A DNA stretch of 62,657 nt, filler included, from Choristocarpus tenellus KU-1152 (Eukaryota; Protista; Phaeophyceae): assembly GCA_964200185.2 (NCBI GenBank). It is 10 parts of 10 records of this genome, joined end to end, with 100 filler letters (N's around TTAATTAATTAA, not from the genome) between each part and the next. Parts side by side here need not be neighbours in the genome. Positions count along the whole stretch, not along the records: positions 25,207 to 40,788 come from CAXNAD020000969.1; positions 40,889 to 43,608 come from CAXNAD020025327.1; positions 43,709 to 47,940 come from CAXNAD020015567.1; positions 48,041 to 56,683 come from CAXNAD020004497.1; 6 more parts are not named here. One strand, given 5' to 3'. Position numbers and translations under genes: made by a program. Shown piece after piece: positions 39,130-51,660 of this stretch. The notes beneath the pieces are model-generated. The model was not told where the DNA came from, did not search any database, and saw nothing but the letters and a program-made list of their open reading frames with translations. Position 1 is the stretch's first letter. Every line of letters starts with the position of its first letter.

Positions 39130-40640
39130 TGGTACCTACGAAGACTAAAAAATATTTTTTTTGTTGTAGTATTGTAAGTGGGAAATATAGAATTACCCAA
39201 GGATATTTTTTCTGCAAAATAAACGTAATAGATATTATACTACATTTACCACGACTACTGCTACTGTTGCTGATACAAGGATCCTTCCAACATCGGTTTG
39301 GTTTTTCGTTGACACATCTGGAAAATGTGGGTAGGGAAAATATTATTCTTATTCCTTTTACAAATATTATGAGTATATTCTCGCGAATATATTTTGCCGA
39401 CTGTCTCAGTCCTATGTTCATCATATTAAGAGTGAGTATTATTACCTTCCTCCCATGGTCAGAGGTTTTATTAATACATCGTACCACTTCTCACATTACT
39501 TGTTACTACCTACTGTGCGATTATGTTATGTACTAACTCCGTTCATGTCCTTCTCTCGTATATATGGTACACATACATGTATGTACGTATATATTATGGT
39601 GCATCACCTTCCTCCCATATAGTCAGAGGTATTATTGATAAATCGCACCACTTCTCACATTATTTGCTACTAAGATATACCTTCTGTGCGACTATCGAAT
39701 GTACTTGCAAACAACAGATGTACTTAGTTCATGTCCTCCTTCTCGTATATGTGCATGTGTATATTACTATGCCGATTTACATCTTGAACATGTCATGGAA
39801 GGAAGATTATCATACACATATTTTGCCGTTGAAGAACATTAATAATTTTTATTAAGTGGACGTATTAGTAAGGATTACCATCAACTAAAATCGATCATAG
39901 AAAAATGTTTCTCACATTTGCGACAACTGTTGCTTTTTCAGGGGTTGTTCTAATATTTGACTGGCTTTTCATTGGTTTTTCCCCTAACACCTATCTGTAA
40001 AATGTAAGAGGGTATAATAATAAAAATATCATCAACTTCAGTACGGGGACTATGTCTACCAATAATGGTTAGAGTCGTAACGTTACACTACTTCTAACAC
40101 TGTTTTTATTTTATTATTATGACCTCTGACATTTTATGGATGTGTCAGGTGTGAAACAAATGAAAACTATCACAATGCAATATATCCCCCCTGACACATC
40201 TGCAAAATGTCAGAGGGCATAATAATAAAATACAATGTTTGATAGTGGTGAAGTAACTGATAGATTAGTGGTTTCCACACTTACAGTGTTTTATAGTCTT
40301 CTCACGTTTAGGATATTATATTTCTTTAGGGCTAATAACGACATATGAATTTTATTATTATGCCCTCTCTAATATTTTGCCGATGTGTCAGGGGGGAAAC
40401 CAATGAAAACTATACGTATGTCGTTATTAGCTCTAAAGAAATAAAATCATATGTATTTTATTATTATGCCCTCTGACATTTTGCAGATGTGTCAGGGGGG
40501 AAACCAATGAAAACTATATATTATATATATGTGTCAGGGAACATATGTATTGTTTTCATTGGTTTTCCCCCTGACACATCTGCAAAATGTCAGAGGGCAT
40601 AAATACTTTATTGAAAACTATACATATGTCAGTATATGTG
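39130..40640. repeat. Cluster of family C AT-rich repeats in direct and inverted orientation
   Basis: CCCCTGACACATCTGCAAAATGTCAGAGGGCATAA and its reverse complement recur at ~40120, 40190, 40360, 40465 and 40568, with degenerate copies at 39310 and 39980. Confidence 0.85.
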
Positions 40641-40914
40641 GAAAGCATGTTTGTCTGTTGCTACACTGTTACTACTGCTGTATGTCATATACAGTCATAC
40701 CGTTGTACCGATTGAGGTTCCCAGTCAAGCATCCATGATTCCTCTGGCGGACCTTCCGTCAGAATGAAACCATGGAATCTCTTCACGTNNNNNNNNNNNN
40801 NNNNNNNNNNNNNNNNNNNNNNNNNNNNNNNNTTAATTAATTAANNNNNNNNNNNNNNNNNNNNNNNNNNNNNNNNNNNNNNNNNNNNGTTGGGGGGGTG
40901 AGGTGGGTGGGGTA

Positions 40915-41147
40915 AAAGTAAAGGAATGTGTTGTAGTGAAGGAACGTGTTATAGAAAAGGGATATTACAGTAAAGAGATGTTATAGAAAAGGGATATTAG
41001 AGTAAAGGGATGTTATAGAAAAGGGATATTAGAGTAAAAGGATGTTATAGAAAAGGGATATTAGAGTAAAGGGATGTTACAGTAAAGGGATGTTACAGAA
41101 AAGGGACATTATATAGTAAAGGGATGTTACAGTAAAGGGATGTTATA
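40915..41147. repeat. 16-bp minisatellite (~14 units)
   Basis: GGGAT(G/A)TTA(T/C/G)AG(A/T)AAA repeated. Confidence 0.9.
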
Positions 41148-41355
41148 TTGGGTATACGGGTAACACATACAGACAACCCTCACCATGAAAACGTATTTCT
41201 CAATTATCGCTATTATCATTATTATTATTATTATTACTATATTACTGTCATTTTGATTATTATTTTTGGCAAAGTATTGAGTACAGAGAAAGAAAGAAAT
41301 AGTACAAAAAATTAAAAATACAAAAAAAGTAATTGTAAAATAAACACCAAAACAC

Positions 41356-41388
<33 letters not shown>

Positions 41389-41396
41389 AAAGGAAG

Positions 41397-42310
41397 AGTA
41401 TGGCATGGAAGGCATATTATAGCGAGCATCGGTGAAAGGGGTGTACCTCTTCTTGATATTTGTATGATCATGTAGTTAGTACAAACAATAGTTGCGCCAT
41501 GATGACTACCTCCTCCCCTCTGCTCAATCACAGCCAAGGACTATTTTTAACGGGATGAATTCCAATAGACACGAGCAGTGGGCGGCATGGAGAAATAATA
41601 ATCTTTAAAAAAAAATAAAATAAAAAAAACACACACACACACACACACAAGAAAAATAATAAAATAAAACAATTAAATGACACATCCGCAATATAGGGTA
41701 CAACACAGTACCTTTATCTTTACAAAAAAAAGAAGACTATTAGCATGGATTAAACGGTCCAAGTATTTTCTCTGACTATGATGTATTTTTTTTAATCTCA
41801 ATTTCTTATTTCAACTCGGGTGGTAGGTAACTTAAAAAATAATAATATGAGTATAGGAGTATAGGAGTGTATGAGTATAGGGGGATGAACTCCCGAAGAG
41901 TCTTAGATGGTGGGTCATTTTAATTCTTTTTTTTGTAGCTGTGTGAACCGTTTAATCCATGCTAATAGTCTTCTTTTTTTTGTAAAGATAAAGGTACTGT
42001 GTTGTACCCTATATTGCGGATGTGTCATTTAATTGTTTTATTTTATTATTTTTCTTGTGTGTGTGTGTGCGTGTGTGCGTGTTTTTTTTGTTTGTTTTTT
42101 TAAGATTATTATTTCTCCATGCCGCCCACTGCTCGTGTCTATTGGAATTCATCCCATTAAAAGTAGTCCTTGGCTGTGATTGAGCAGAGGGGAGAAGGTA
42201 GTCATCATGGCGCAACTATTGTTTGTACTAACTACATGATCATATAAATATCAAGAAGAGGTACACCCCTTTCACCGATGCTCGCTATAATATGCCTTCC
42301 ATGCCACACT
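41397..42310. mobile_element. Foldback / long-TIR element: ~362-bp inverted arms (41397-41758, 41947-42310) around a ~190-bp spacer
   Basis: Arms are near-identical reverse complements (TGGCATGGAAGGCAT...GGATTAAACGGT / ACCGTTTAATCC...ATGCCTTCCATGCCA) with scattered substitutions. Confidence 0.85.
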
Positions 42311-42327
42311 TAACTAAAATAAACACC

Positions 42328-42376
<49 letters not shown>

Positions 42377-43380
42377 AACAAAATTGTTCTGTATATTGTT
42401 ACTGCTCTTCATTCTAATAAAACATTAGAGATGTAGAGATCGAAAACTCAATTATTACTGACGGTTTGATTTCTCAACAAAAGCCGTTGTGAGGGGGCTA
42501 TAGCCCGACATGTAGGTAGTAAAGGTAGTAGATGTCGAACCTTTTCTAGTCAGTCACTACTCTTGTCAACAGAGAGGACCAAGCAGAAGAAAACACTCTT
42601 GAAGGAGGATAGAAGAACAGACATGGAGATGTAGATAACACAGACAAAATAAAAAGATTGAAGACCGGTCTGTCTCTTACAGACACGCTTAGGGTTAGGT
42701 TAGGTTAACATATTCCAAATAATAGTCACAAAAAAAAATACAACACTACTCTTTCGAGTATAATCTTCCAATGAGTATGAAAACGTTTTCATACAAAAAT
42801 TTACGAATGCACTCCCTCTCTGTCCCATAATTCTGTTCCTTTACGCATGTACCTCTTCGGGATGACCTCCGATTTCAAAAATGGATTTTTGTGTTGGATT
42901 CCTCAGGGTTTTTTTTTTTACATAAGATGAGTTACATTTGAAAAAAAACATCCCAATCTGTCCCGTGTTGAAACATAGGCTACTAGTCCTTCGTGCTATT
43001 GATATTATACTCCGGAGTATGTTATGCATACATATTTTGTCCACCAAATATAGTTGAAACAGTTTGCGCCATTAAACAGTGAAAACATCAGTCAGCTACA
43101 GCATTCTTGTAAGGACATCATCATACCAAGGGTCAGAGGGTGAGTGAAAATTAAAATACATACGCATCACAAGGTCTTGTGGAAATAAAACCCCTTGCTG
43201 TAAATCACAAACATCGCCTAATAAAAGTTCGAGAGGATGAACATCCTACCCAGACAAAGACGAAGAAAAGCAGAGCACCAATACTCCGCCAAACACAACA
43301 TTTCGCTACATCGACCTTGAACTCAAAAATGTTACAGTTACAACTTTCGAACGAACTGAAAACGCCTTCCTAAATATATT

Positions 43381-43608
43381 CAAAGTATCTTAGAGGGTAG
43401 AGCTGCGTCCGTTTGGGGCCCGAAATTCAATGTTGGTATTTTGATGTAATTTTGGCTATCGTGTTTTGTTAGGAAGTGTCAATATCCTATCCTTGTTCTG
43501 GACACACCTTTCCATAACGTATACACTTTACCTAGTCCAAAACAAACATTTCGGAGTAAGGCAAAATGTCATTTAAAAAAAAAAACATAGCAAGCCAAGC
43601 CCCCCCCC
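43381..43608. mobile_element. MITE family B, truncated at the contig end
   Basis: Begins CAAAGTATCTTAGAGGGTAGAGCTGCGTCCG; internal blocks shared with the other B copies. Confidence 0.8.
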
Positions 43609-44111
43609 NNNNNNNNNNNNNNNNNNNNNNNNNNNNNNNNNNNNNNNNNNNNTTAATTAATTAANNNNNNNNNNNNNNNNNNNNNNNNNNNNNNNNNNNN
43701 NNNNNNNNCAAAACCCAAGAGTGAGACCAAAACAAACAAAAAAAAAGAAAAAAAAAAAAAGGGGAAAAACGGCCGCCCCCCCCCCCCCCCCCCCCCCAGT
43801 AGTATATACTATGCTGGGATTATTGAGATGATATGCACACATGGAGCTCCCTCTCTCTCTCTCTCTCTCGACTTGCTCTGAAGTACTTGGTACACCTTTG
43901 TCTCTGACTGGGCAATCAAATTTTATTGATGGTGTTAGCACCATCAATAGTTATAGACTTGATTTGATGGGAACATTTGCAGTATTCCGGGTCAACATGG
44001 ATGAGGCAAGGTTAAGTCTACACCTGCCTGAAGTGGCAAAGAGGCCAGAGACCGATGCCATCAAGAACCAGCATAAAAGACTGCATTGGAATCTGAATTG
44101 GGACAAGTTAC

Positions 44112-47100
44112 CTGCTTGCCGTTGGTCATAGAACAACTTGATGTAGCCCACTCCACAGGCTCAGTCTCCTCCTCTTCACCTCTTATGGTACAGGTCAGGA
44201 GTGAAAACAGAATTATGCACAAAAAATGGGGAAATATATACTCAACTATAACTCCTAATCTCAGTATATATAAGGTTTATGTATGTGTATGTGTGTGGGT
44301 GTGGGTGGTAACTTTTCACCTGAAGTTATAGAGTTTAACACGGTAAAACAAGGAGTACATGAATGCCAACGCATCATTTTTGCGAGTCTTCTAAGCTGAT
44401 ACCTGATGATCTTGAGCTCTTCCGGTGAAGCCCTTTGCGATGTCTCCGCATTTGCAATGATCATCTCCATGCTTGAGGGTGAGTTTACCATGGCCCACAT
44501 ACCACTTGTGCTCATGTCTATGTGCACCAGGGCACCGGAGGTCTGAGCAAGATGGTAGAAGCAGTAGAGTTGTGTCAGCAAGATGGGTTAGGATACAATT
44601 CTTGATGGTATATATCTGAGTGCCTGACTAATATGGTCATATGGGTGGCAGATATAGACTTGAAGTGCTGCCAAGGGCAGTGGGAAGTCACCTTTGGAAA
44701 GGAGTCCTTGCCCAGTATTGCTGTCAAGACAATGATTACATACACCACATTACATATCTCTCTCAAAGAATCCTGCAGCAACATGTGTGGATCTTTTCCA
44801 TGTGATCTAGGTATGCTTCCCCACGCAGACATATCTGGATAGTAGGTCAACCTACTTTTTCATCCAAACCTTGGAAGTCTTAGAGAGGATTGAAGTTCCA
44901 CCAAAATTGGAATTGAGAGAGTCAGTCCTGAGTCTCATACCCATGAGGACTCAGTTTTAGAGTCAGGTCTGAACTACTTCAAAGCATGTTTATTAGCTTG
45001 AGAATTTGCAACCCACCAGTTTGACAGGTGGCTCCATAGCCTTCCAGTCCTGCTCCACACCGCCCCTGGCGCAGAGAGAGCCATCACCCATGCCAATTAA
45101 CAGGTTGGCACCATTGGGGGAAAAGCGGACACAAGTGACAGGTATGTCTCTGTCTAGCTCTTCCAACTCCTTTCATATAAGAAACAGGATGTGAGGATAG
45201 GTGAGGGGAGAAAAAGAGTATTGCTTGGGTCCAGGGCTCAATCGATGTTTGCATCACTTACAAGGGACACCTCTAAATTGGAGTGTTGTCTACTACTATC
45301 CGAACTCTTGGGTGCTGGGGGCTGCTAAGTTATTGAGTAGGGAGTCTAGCAGCTATATTCTTTGTGTGTATATATATATATTCAGGAGTTGCTAGATTGC
45401 AAAAGGTCCTTCTATGGCGTTTTTATTGACATTGGGCGGCAAAAAAATATTTTAGATGAGGAGTCAGGACTACAGTGGCAATAGGCAGAGTGGAAAGCAA
45501 GTATATACAACAGTATTTAGAGAAACTTGTGAGGCTATCCTAGCAAGAGCCTGACACCTGGTGAGAATGGACTATAATAGCAATGAAAGGAGGTTAATGC
45601 CTCTTGCTTTCCCCCTCGTTCTCGATGCATGATATCAGTCGAAGACATGTCACACCCCAAGATTGCTGATCGTGTATACTTGCCCGACCTCAATTAATTA
45701 TGCTGTCCCTGCTTTCCTTTTGGAATATAATATCTCAAATGCCGTGTGTTGCATCAAAATTTAACTGCCTGCCTTTTCAACATGAGGCATATAATAAAAA
45801 TAAGATACGAAACAGAGGTCATCGTATCGCAGAGACTATGCATTTTTTTTTTTTTCTCGAGTCATGCTGATGTCGAGGCGTGTATTTTGGTATCATTATT
45901 GTTCTGACACCTTTTCGATGAGCAGAACAGAAGGATCTTCCTCAGAGTACTTCAAGACCGTGACTCCTCCCCTGACAAGCCCGACAGCAACGAAAGATCC
46001 ATCAGGTGAGTACGATACACATAATACTTCAGACCTGAGAAAAGAGGTAGGGAGCGTAAGAGTGTCAGGGGGCGCTTCAATCCCATAGCGTTGGCTTTGC
46101 CAAAGATCTTGGCATCTAAGTGAACCGGGATTGGACAGGGAGGAATGGACATTGTGGAGTACGAAACATTGTGCATTCTGGAGTGTCAAATTGGCAAGTG
46201 TGTGTGTCACTCTTTACGTCTTAAATTTGAAAATTGTTCTTTGCACTACACCGCATATTCTTTTTTTTTTCTTTATATAAATATATATATTTATATATGT
46301 ATATTTATTTATTTATTTTTTCAATGTTTTGCACTCCCGGTGTGTGTACAGACTCGTGTAATATTGTTCAGGCTAGGTCATCGGAGTAGGTCAGAAACTT
46401 GCCAAAGGTTGATATCAAAAAAAGGCTGGGATCCTTCCACCGATGATCTATTTAGGACTGATTTATTGGGTGTGACTGCTCAGGACTGGAGGCTGGAGAC
46501 TCATTTAAACGTTCAGTCCAGTCCAGTAAAACAAGCCCGGAAAATCCCCCTGAAATCAATAGAGTGGAGAAATGAAGTATCTTGTTCCTTGAGCAGGATG
46601 TTGCCTCTCAAACCAGGTCAATAATTAACAACCTAGAGCTTAAGCCCATAGCTAAGCTCATACATAGTAGTCAAAAACGAACTCCTGACCAAAGTACAGG
46701 CAATATCTGAATGTCCTTTGTTGAAGCAGAAGGATATCTCTATCTTTGCAGGAACGGTTTTAATATCTCTCCAGGGTCATTTGTGGTAAGGACCTCAAGA
46801 AAAATCTCACTCTACCCAGCTCTCCGCCCCAACTTCGCTCCAAATTCCCTTGATTTCAGGGTTTCTTCAGGAAACAAAAGTTTCTATGCTGCCCATACCT
46901 CATACTCCTTAAAAAAGACAAGGGTAGACGAATCCAAACGATCAGATGACAGCTCCAAAGAGTCAACTTAATCATGGCCGTAACTTTTACTAATGTCTAT
47001 GACCAGTTTGAAAACGTGAGACACCTGAGACTTTCTCAGCATCTCTTACATCCCCTTAGGGTAAGATTGTTCGTGTGCCGACAAAGCTGCTTCCTTGTTC

Positions 47101-47243
47101 GACTGACCATCGCTTGAAGATAGATTTGCAAGGGCGGGCAAGAGAGTAGAAGCTCACCCCAACTTGAGGCTCCGCAGGACTCGTTTCTCAGAAGTCGACC
47201 ATTCACGAACTGTTCCATCGTCCCCTGCTGTCATGAATTGCTC
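44112..47243 (-). CDS. EML/EMAP-like WD40-repeat protein, internal exons: 47243-47158, 46034-45911, 45169-45017, 44542-44403, 44181-44112
   Basis: Phase-consistent splicing gives EQFMTAGDDGTVREW..LKLG-SEVLCVSYSPDGSFVAVG..-PVTCVRFSPNG..-GALVHIDMS..-VEWATSSC, following the EML TAPE-domain WD40 pattern. Confidence 0.75.
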
Positions 47244-47428
47244 CTGAGATTGTCCAAGGATGAAGCAGTGGTGGGAGGACTAGTGAGTGCAGCCTATGCT
47301 CCAGAACGTTTTCTATCATGTGCTTCAGAACATCAATTATAACTGATTTTAAATGTGTAGAATAATTGAGGCCTCTTTGACAACAACTACTCAGGCCATA
47401 TATGCCATCGAAATTTCCTACAATCACC

Positions 47429-47709
47429 CAAAGCATTTTAGAGTGTAGGGCTGTGTCCGTTCGGGGACACAAACCCAATGCTCCGATTTTGATGAATCTT
47501 GGCTATCCGATTTGTTTGTTGGCAAGTGCCAATGTCCTAGCTCTGGATACTCCTTTCTAAGTCGTATACATTTTACCTACTCCAAAATGTTTCAGAGTAG
47601 GTAACTGTGTCCATACAGAAAACCGAAAAGGGGCATAAACAAAACCCCGTGGGAAGTCAAGCCCTGAACAGACAACCAGGGCATAACTCCTACCCTCTTG
47701 AATGCTTTG
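47429..47709. mobile_element. MITE family B, diverged copy
   Basis: CAAAGCATTTTAGAGTGTAG...CTACCCTCTTGAATGCTTTG. Confidence 0.75.
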
Positions 47710-47777
47710 GATCCAAATGACAATTTAGAGGCGCTCAAGGAATTTTTTTTTTGTGTCTAGCGATTGTTTTCGCTTGC

Positions 47778-47933
47778 ACCAATACTGACACGGTGTTGAC
47801 CAGCAGACTCAAACCAACCAACTACTGTTACCAATACTGACACGGTGTTGACCAGCAGACTCAAACCAACCAACTACTGTTACCAATACTGACACGGTGT
47901 TGACCAGCAGACTCAAACCAACCAACTACTGTT
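47778..47933. repeat. Perfect 52-bp tandem repeat x3 at the contig end
   Basis: ACCAATACTGACACGGTGTTGACCAGCAGACTCAAACCAACCAACTACTGTT at 47778, 47830 and 47882. Confidence 0.95.
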
Positions 47934-48229
47934 GCAGCGTNNNNNNNNNNNNNNNNNNNNNNNNNNNNNNNNNNNNNNNNNNNNTTAATTAATTAANNNN
48001 NNNNNNNNNNNNNNNNNNNNNNNNNNNNNNNNNNNNNNNNCATGGTTCACATACATGTATGCACGCAGGAGCAGTTTCCAAAGCCTACCCACAACCTCAA
48101 AGGAAAAAACAGACAGAGCAGTTTGAATGGATTGAACTTACTAGTACAAACGCCTCACAGTCTGCGTCTTTGTCAAAAACCAAACACTGCCAGGATTGTA
48201 CACCTGACCAGGTAACTGCGACAGGGCCG

Positions 48230-48860
48230 GACTGTGCGCTGGTCCGATGAAAACGTTTTCTGACAAGAGTCAGTCCAGGTTCTTCAGGAATTTTATCCAG
48301 GTCTTTTCACTGTGACGGAAAATTATAATGGTTCTGTTCAGCAGGCGGACCGGTCCCAGAACTATTGAACATGTCCCAGTTCATGCCCACTATGTGTTGA
48401 ACTGGTCCATGTCTGCCGCCTGGACTGGGTCTAGCATTTTCTAACATGTCTGGACCATGTCCAATGGGTAATTTTACTGGTCTGAGTCCGCAGGCATAAG
48501 TCAGACCAACTTCTTTCTGGCGTGTCTGGACCATGTCCACTGTATGTCGTACCAGCCCATGATGAAAAATGTGTGCATGTCAAAGGTTTAGTTATACCCT
48601 ACTGTGTGAATATAGATGGTACTCCTTCAAGTCTTCTCTGAACTTTCTTGGTTGAAAATCATCATGAGTATCTCTACCTACCTGCCACGAGAAAGTCAGG
48701 AGGCATACATGAAAAAATAATTTTCTTTGTACGCATTCACTATTATTCAAATTTGAACCTTCAACAATGAACGTCAAAATACATCATAAAAGTCACAAAT
48801 CACCTCTCACCCTCCCAAACACACAACACACACAACAGTATATTTGTGTTCTATTTTGAA
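48230..48860. repeat. Dispersed repeat family D (inverted relative to 12330-12830)
   Basis: TCTAACATGTCTGGACCATGTCCA, repeated TCTGGACCATGTCCA and CACAAATCACC blocks. Confidence 0.5.
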
Positions 48861-49276
48861 TATTTGATAGCCTCAAAAAAATGGTAAAACAGAAAAATAT
48901 AGAAATATCAATAAATATATATATATATAATATAGTCCTTACATAGATAAAAATCCTCTAACATGGCTGAGTCTATGGCTGTCACTGCTCAACATGATGG
49001 GATCCGCTGGCTGGCCATGTGAAACAAAGTTCAAACATGGCCGAGTCCATGGCCACTGGCCTGCCCGTGTACAACCAAGTTTGGACACATGACTGAGTCC
49101 ATGACCATTAACCATTTCAACATGGCTGGGACGCAGGCTGGGTCGTGGCCATATGACCAAGAGTGGATATGCTAACTGCGCGGCCCAGCAAAAAGCTCTG
49201 ATTTTAGCACGACCAGTCTGCAAGTTGGTCCCACTAAAATGACATTCACCAGGGTCAGGCCAGGGCTTGAAAGAGG

Positions 49277-49358
49277 TGTTAATATGGTCAGCCCTTAGTG
49301 TGTTAACATGGTCAGCCCATAGTGTGTTAATATGGTCAGTCCATAGTGTGTTAATATG
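49277..49358. repeat. 24-bp tandem repeat (~3.5 copies)
   Basis: GTGTTAA(T/C)ATGGTCAG(C/T)CC(T/A)TAGT. Confidence 0.9.
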
Positions 49359-49649
49359 CAGATGGACAACGCCTCCCCCTGTTTACTGCTAGTACAGTGC
49401 AAAGCCCTGAAGCTCTTGGTGTGAGTCCATTCCACAGTACCTCCAATCGCAATGGTGGCACTATGTCTGAACATGGCAATGTGGTATTGACAAGTCCCGA
49501 AAGGTTTGGATAATGGGGAAAAAACGTATATTCAAGTTGAAGTATGATAATGCTCAGTGAAACGGCGTGTTTCACTGTATAAAATGAGTACCAACGACTC
49601 GAACAACCCTGAAGATGTACACAAGAGCAACAGTCAAAGTTGATCTCAT

Positions 49650-49846
49650 TATTATTAATACCTATCACTAACACTATTAATTAGTCTGGCTATTATTAAA
49701 ACCTATCACTTGCACTATTAATTAGTCTCACTATTATCAATACTTATTGCTTACACTATTAATTAGTCTAACAATAATAAATACCTATCACCTGCACTAT
49801 TAATTAGTCTCACTATTATTAATACCTATCACTTACACTATTAATT
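49650..49846. repeat. ~40-bp AT-rich tandem repeat x5
   Basis: Consensus TATTATTAATACCTATCACTTACACTATTAATTAGTCT. Confidence 0.9.
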
Positions 49847-50727
49847 GCATGAAAGAGCACTGTTCACTGTACCTTTATGTGGTATTTGGGGGAAAGGTAT
49901 ATGGGCAAAGACTGGGGCTTCAATAGAGATGACAAAGATATTTGCATTGCTGTACACTTACATCTGCAATCCTGGGGGATGAGTACAGGACATGGGGTCA
50001 GGATCAGATTTGGGGTTTGTTCGGTGCTAGGGAATAGAGCTCTTGTCTTTTTTGGACATGACCGGAGTGGTTGGAATATTCTTTTTAGTAAGTGGTGGGA
50101 ATTACACCTTTTTTTATCCATGTTGTGCTTGTGAAATATGCGATGGTGATCATATGGTGATGCCAGCATACCGCATGGTCTCAGGAAGCGAGGCAGCAGT
50201 GACACCACCTCAACAAGAAAAGCTGTTTTAATATTCGTCATCCACAATCCACGCATGCAGTGATCCCTTCACTGAGTGGAGACAGTCACCAAAAACAAAT
50301 TCCTGTGTAGGCATACAGTCTCCCCCTCCCCCTCCCTAGCAACATCATGAGTCCACCTCTGCATCTACTGCCAGGTTCAGATGAGGTGAAGGCCCTGAAT
50401 ATACGAGGAGCAAGAAAAACTGCCAACACCAGGATATGAGCATAAGGTTAAGAATGAAGGAGTATCCCGATTGTAGGGAAAAAATATTCCTTTAGCTCAA
50501 CGAAAAATGCACACAATTTAGATAGTAAGGTATTGGTTTCATACAGAGCCTAAGGCATACTGGAAATGACACCTCCCAATGTGCAGGGGTCAAGGATAAG
50601 AGGGAAGGTTCATGGACAACCCATACAACACATGTCACTCTGTCCATCCACTATCAAGACCTTATGCTTATTAAAGATGCAAAGGTAACACACATCATAC
50701 ATCATACATCATACACCATACACCTAC

Positions 50728-51660
50728 CTAGCATCGTTTACAATGGCCGCCTGATTCCTGATCTGCTGTTGCATGTCATTGACAAGATCCTCCTCATATC
50801 CTAGGAGCTCTGGTGCACAGACCTCATTCCTCCATGCAGACCTTAGCAAATGGATAAGAGAAGGGAAGTAGGCTGGAGCAGGAAGGAGAACATAGCACAT
50901 TCTGTTTGTCTGCAAGGAGTATACTATGTGCTTTCAAGTAGTGGATGTAATGTTTGACAGTGAGAAGAGTGTAATGAGAAGGGGAAGTGAGGAGGGAGTA
51001 AGGTCTTTTTTCTAGTCGTGACTCTAGTTAATGGTGGTGATGAGAGAGGTGATGGGTGGAGAGGGGAAGATGGGGGTAAAGAGGGCATTCATTGGATGCT
51101 AAAGAGGAAATTGTGTTGGGACGAATTAGGTCATGGCCTATGCTCACACATGGACCATGGATGCTGTAGAAGTAAAAAAGATTACTTCCCAGTGCACTCT
51201 GTCTTTAATGGAGGGTTGAGGGAACTAAAAACAGTTTCCACCTCTATAGACCCTCTACCCGACACAGAATCATTCGGCGTTTACATGTCCACAAGTCACA
51301 GGTTGAACTCTTATTGACATGGTGAGTTTATCTTGCTAAACAAATGATATACTCACATCATGATCATCCTATCCAATTGCATCCTTATAACCACCACTGA
51401 GCATTATACATACTGCGCAGTGTCTTGGACTGAAAACAAGCAGTGGGAGTGAGACTCATGCAGTAAACTCTTACGAAATTGGTGGGAAGAGGGGGGGGGG
51501 GGTATGTGATGCGTGGGAGTAATGTAGTTGAAGAAAACCAGCCTCTACCTTAGCCGTTCCACATCCTCGTTGACGTCTTCCTCCTCTACTCCATCGAGCT
51601 CCTGAGATCAACAAAGGAGAGTGGGGGGTAGCAACACACGAAATCCACATATGAAGCCAT
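50728..51660 (-). CDS. SLD5: GINS complex subunit Sld5-like, 5' exons 51601-51549 and 50841-50728 (candidate start exon 51660-51649 uncertain; downstream exons not found in this contig)
   Basis: ELDGVEEEDVNEDVERLR-SAWRNEVCAPELLGYEEDLVNDMQQQIRNQ matches the Sld5/GINS4 N-terminal W.NE..APELL.Y motif; phase-2 junction is consistent. Confidence 0.8.

Noticed and set aside
47778-49846. Regular short repeats (52, 24 and 40 bp) as possible CRISPR arrays; also 11620-11885 and 21790-22172
   Set aside because: Head-to-tail tandem units without unique spacers, no cas genes, and a eukaryotic context.
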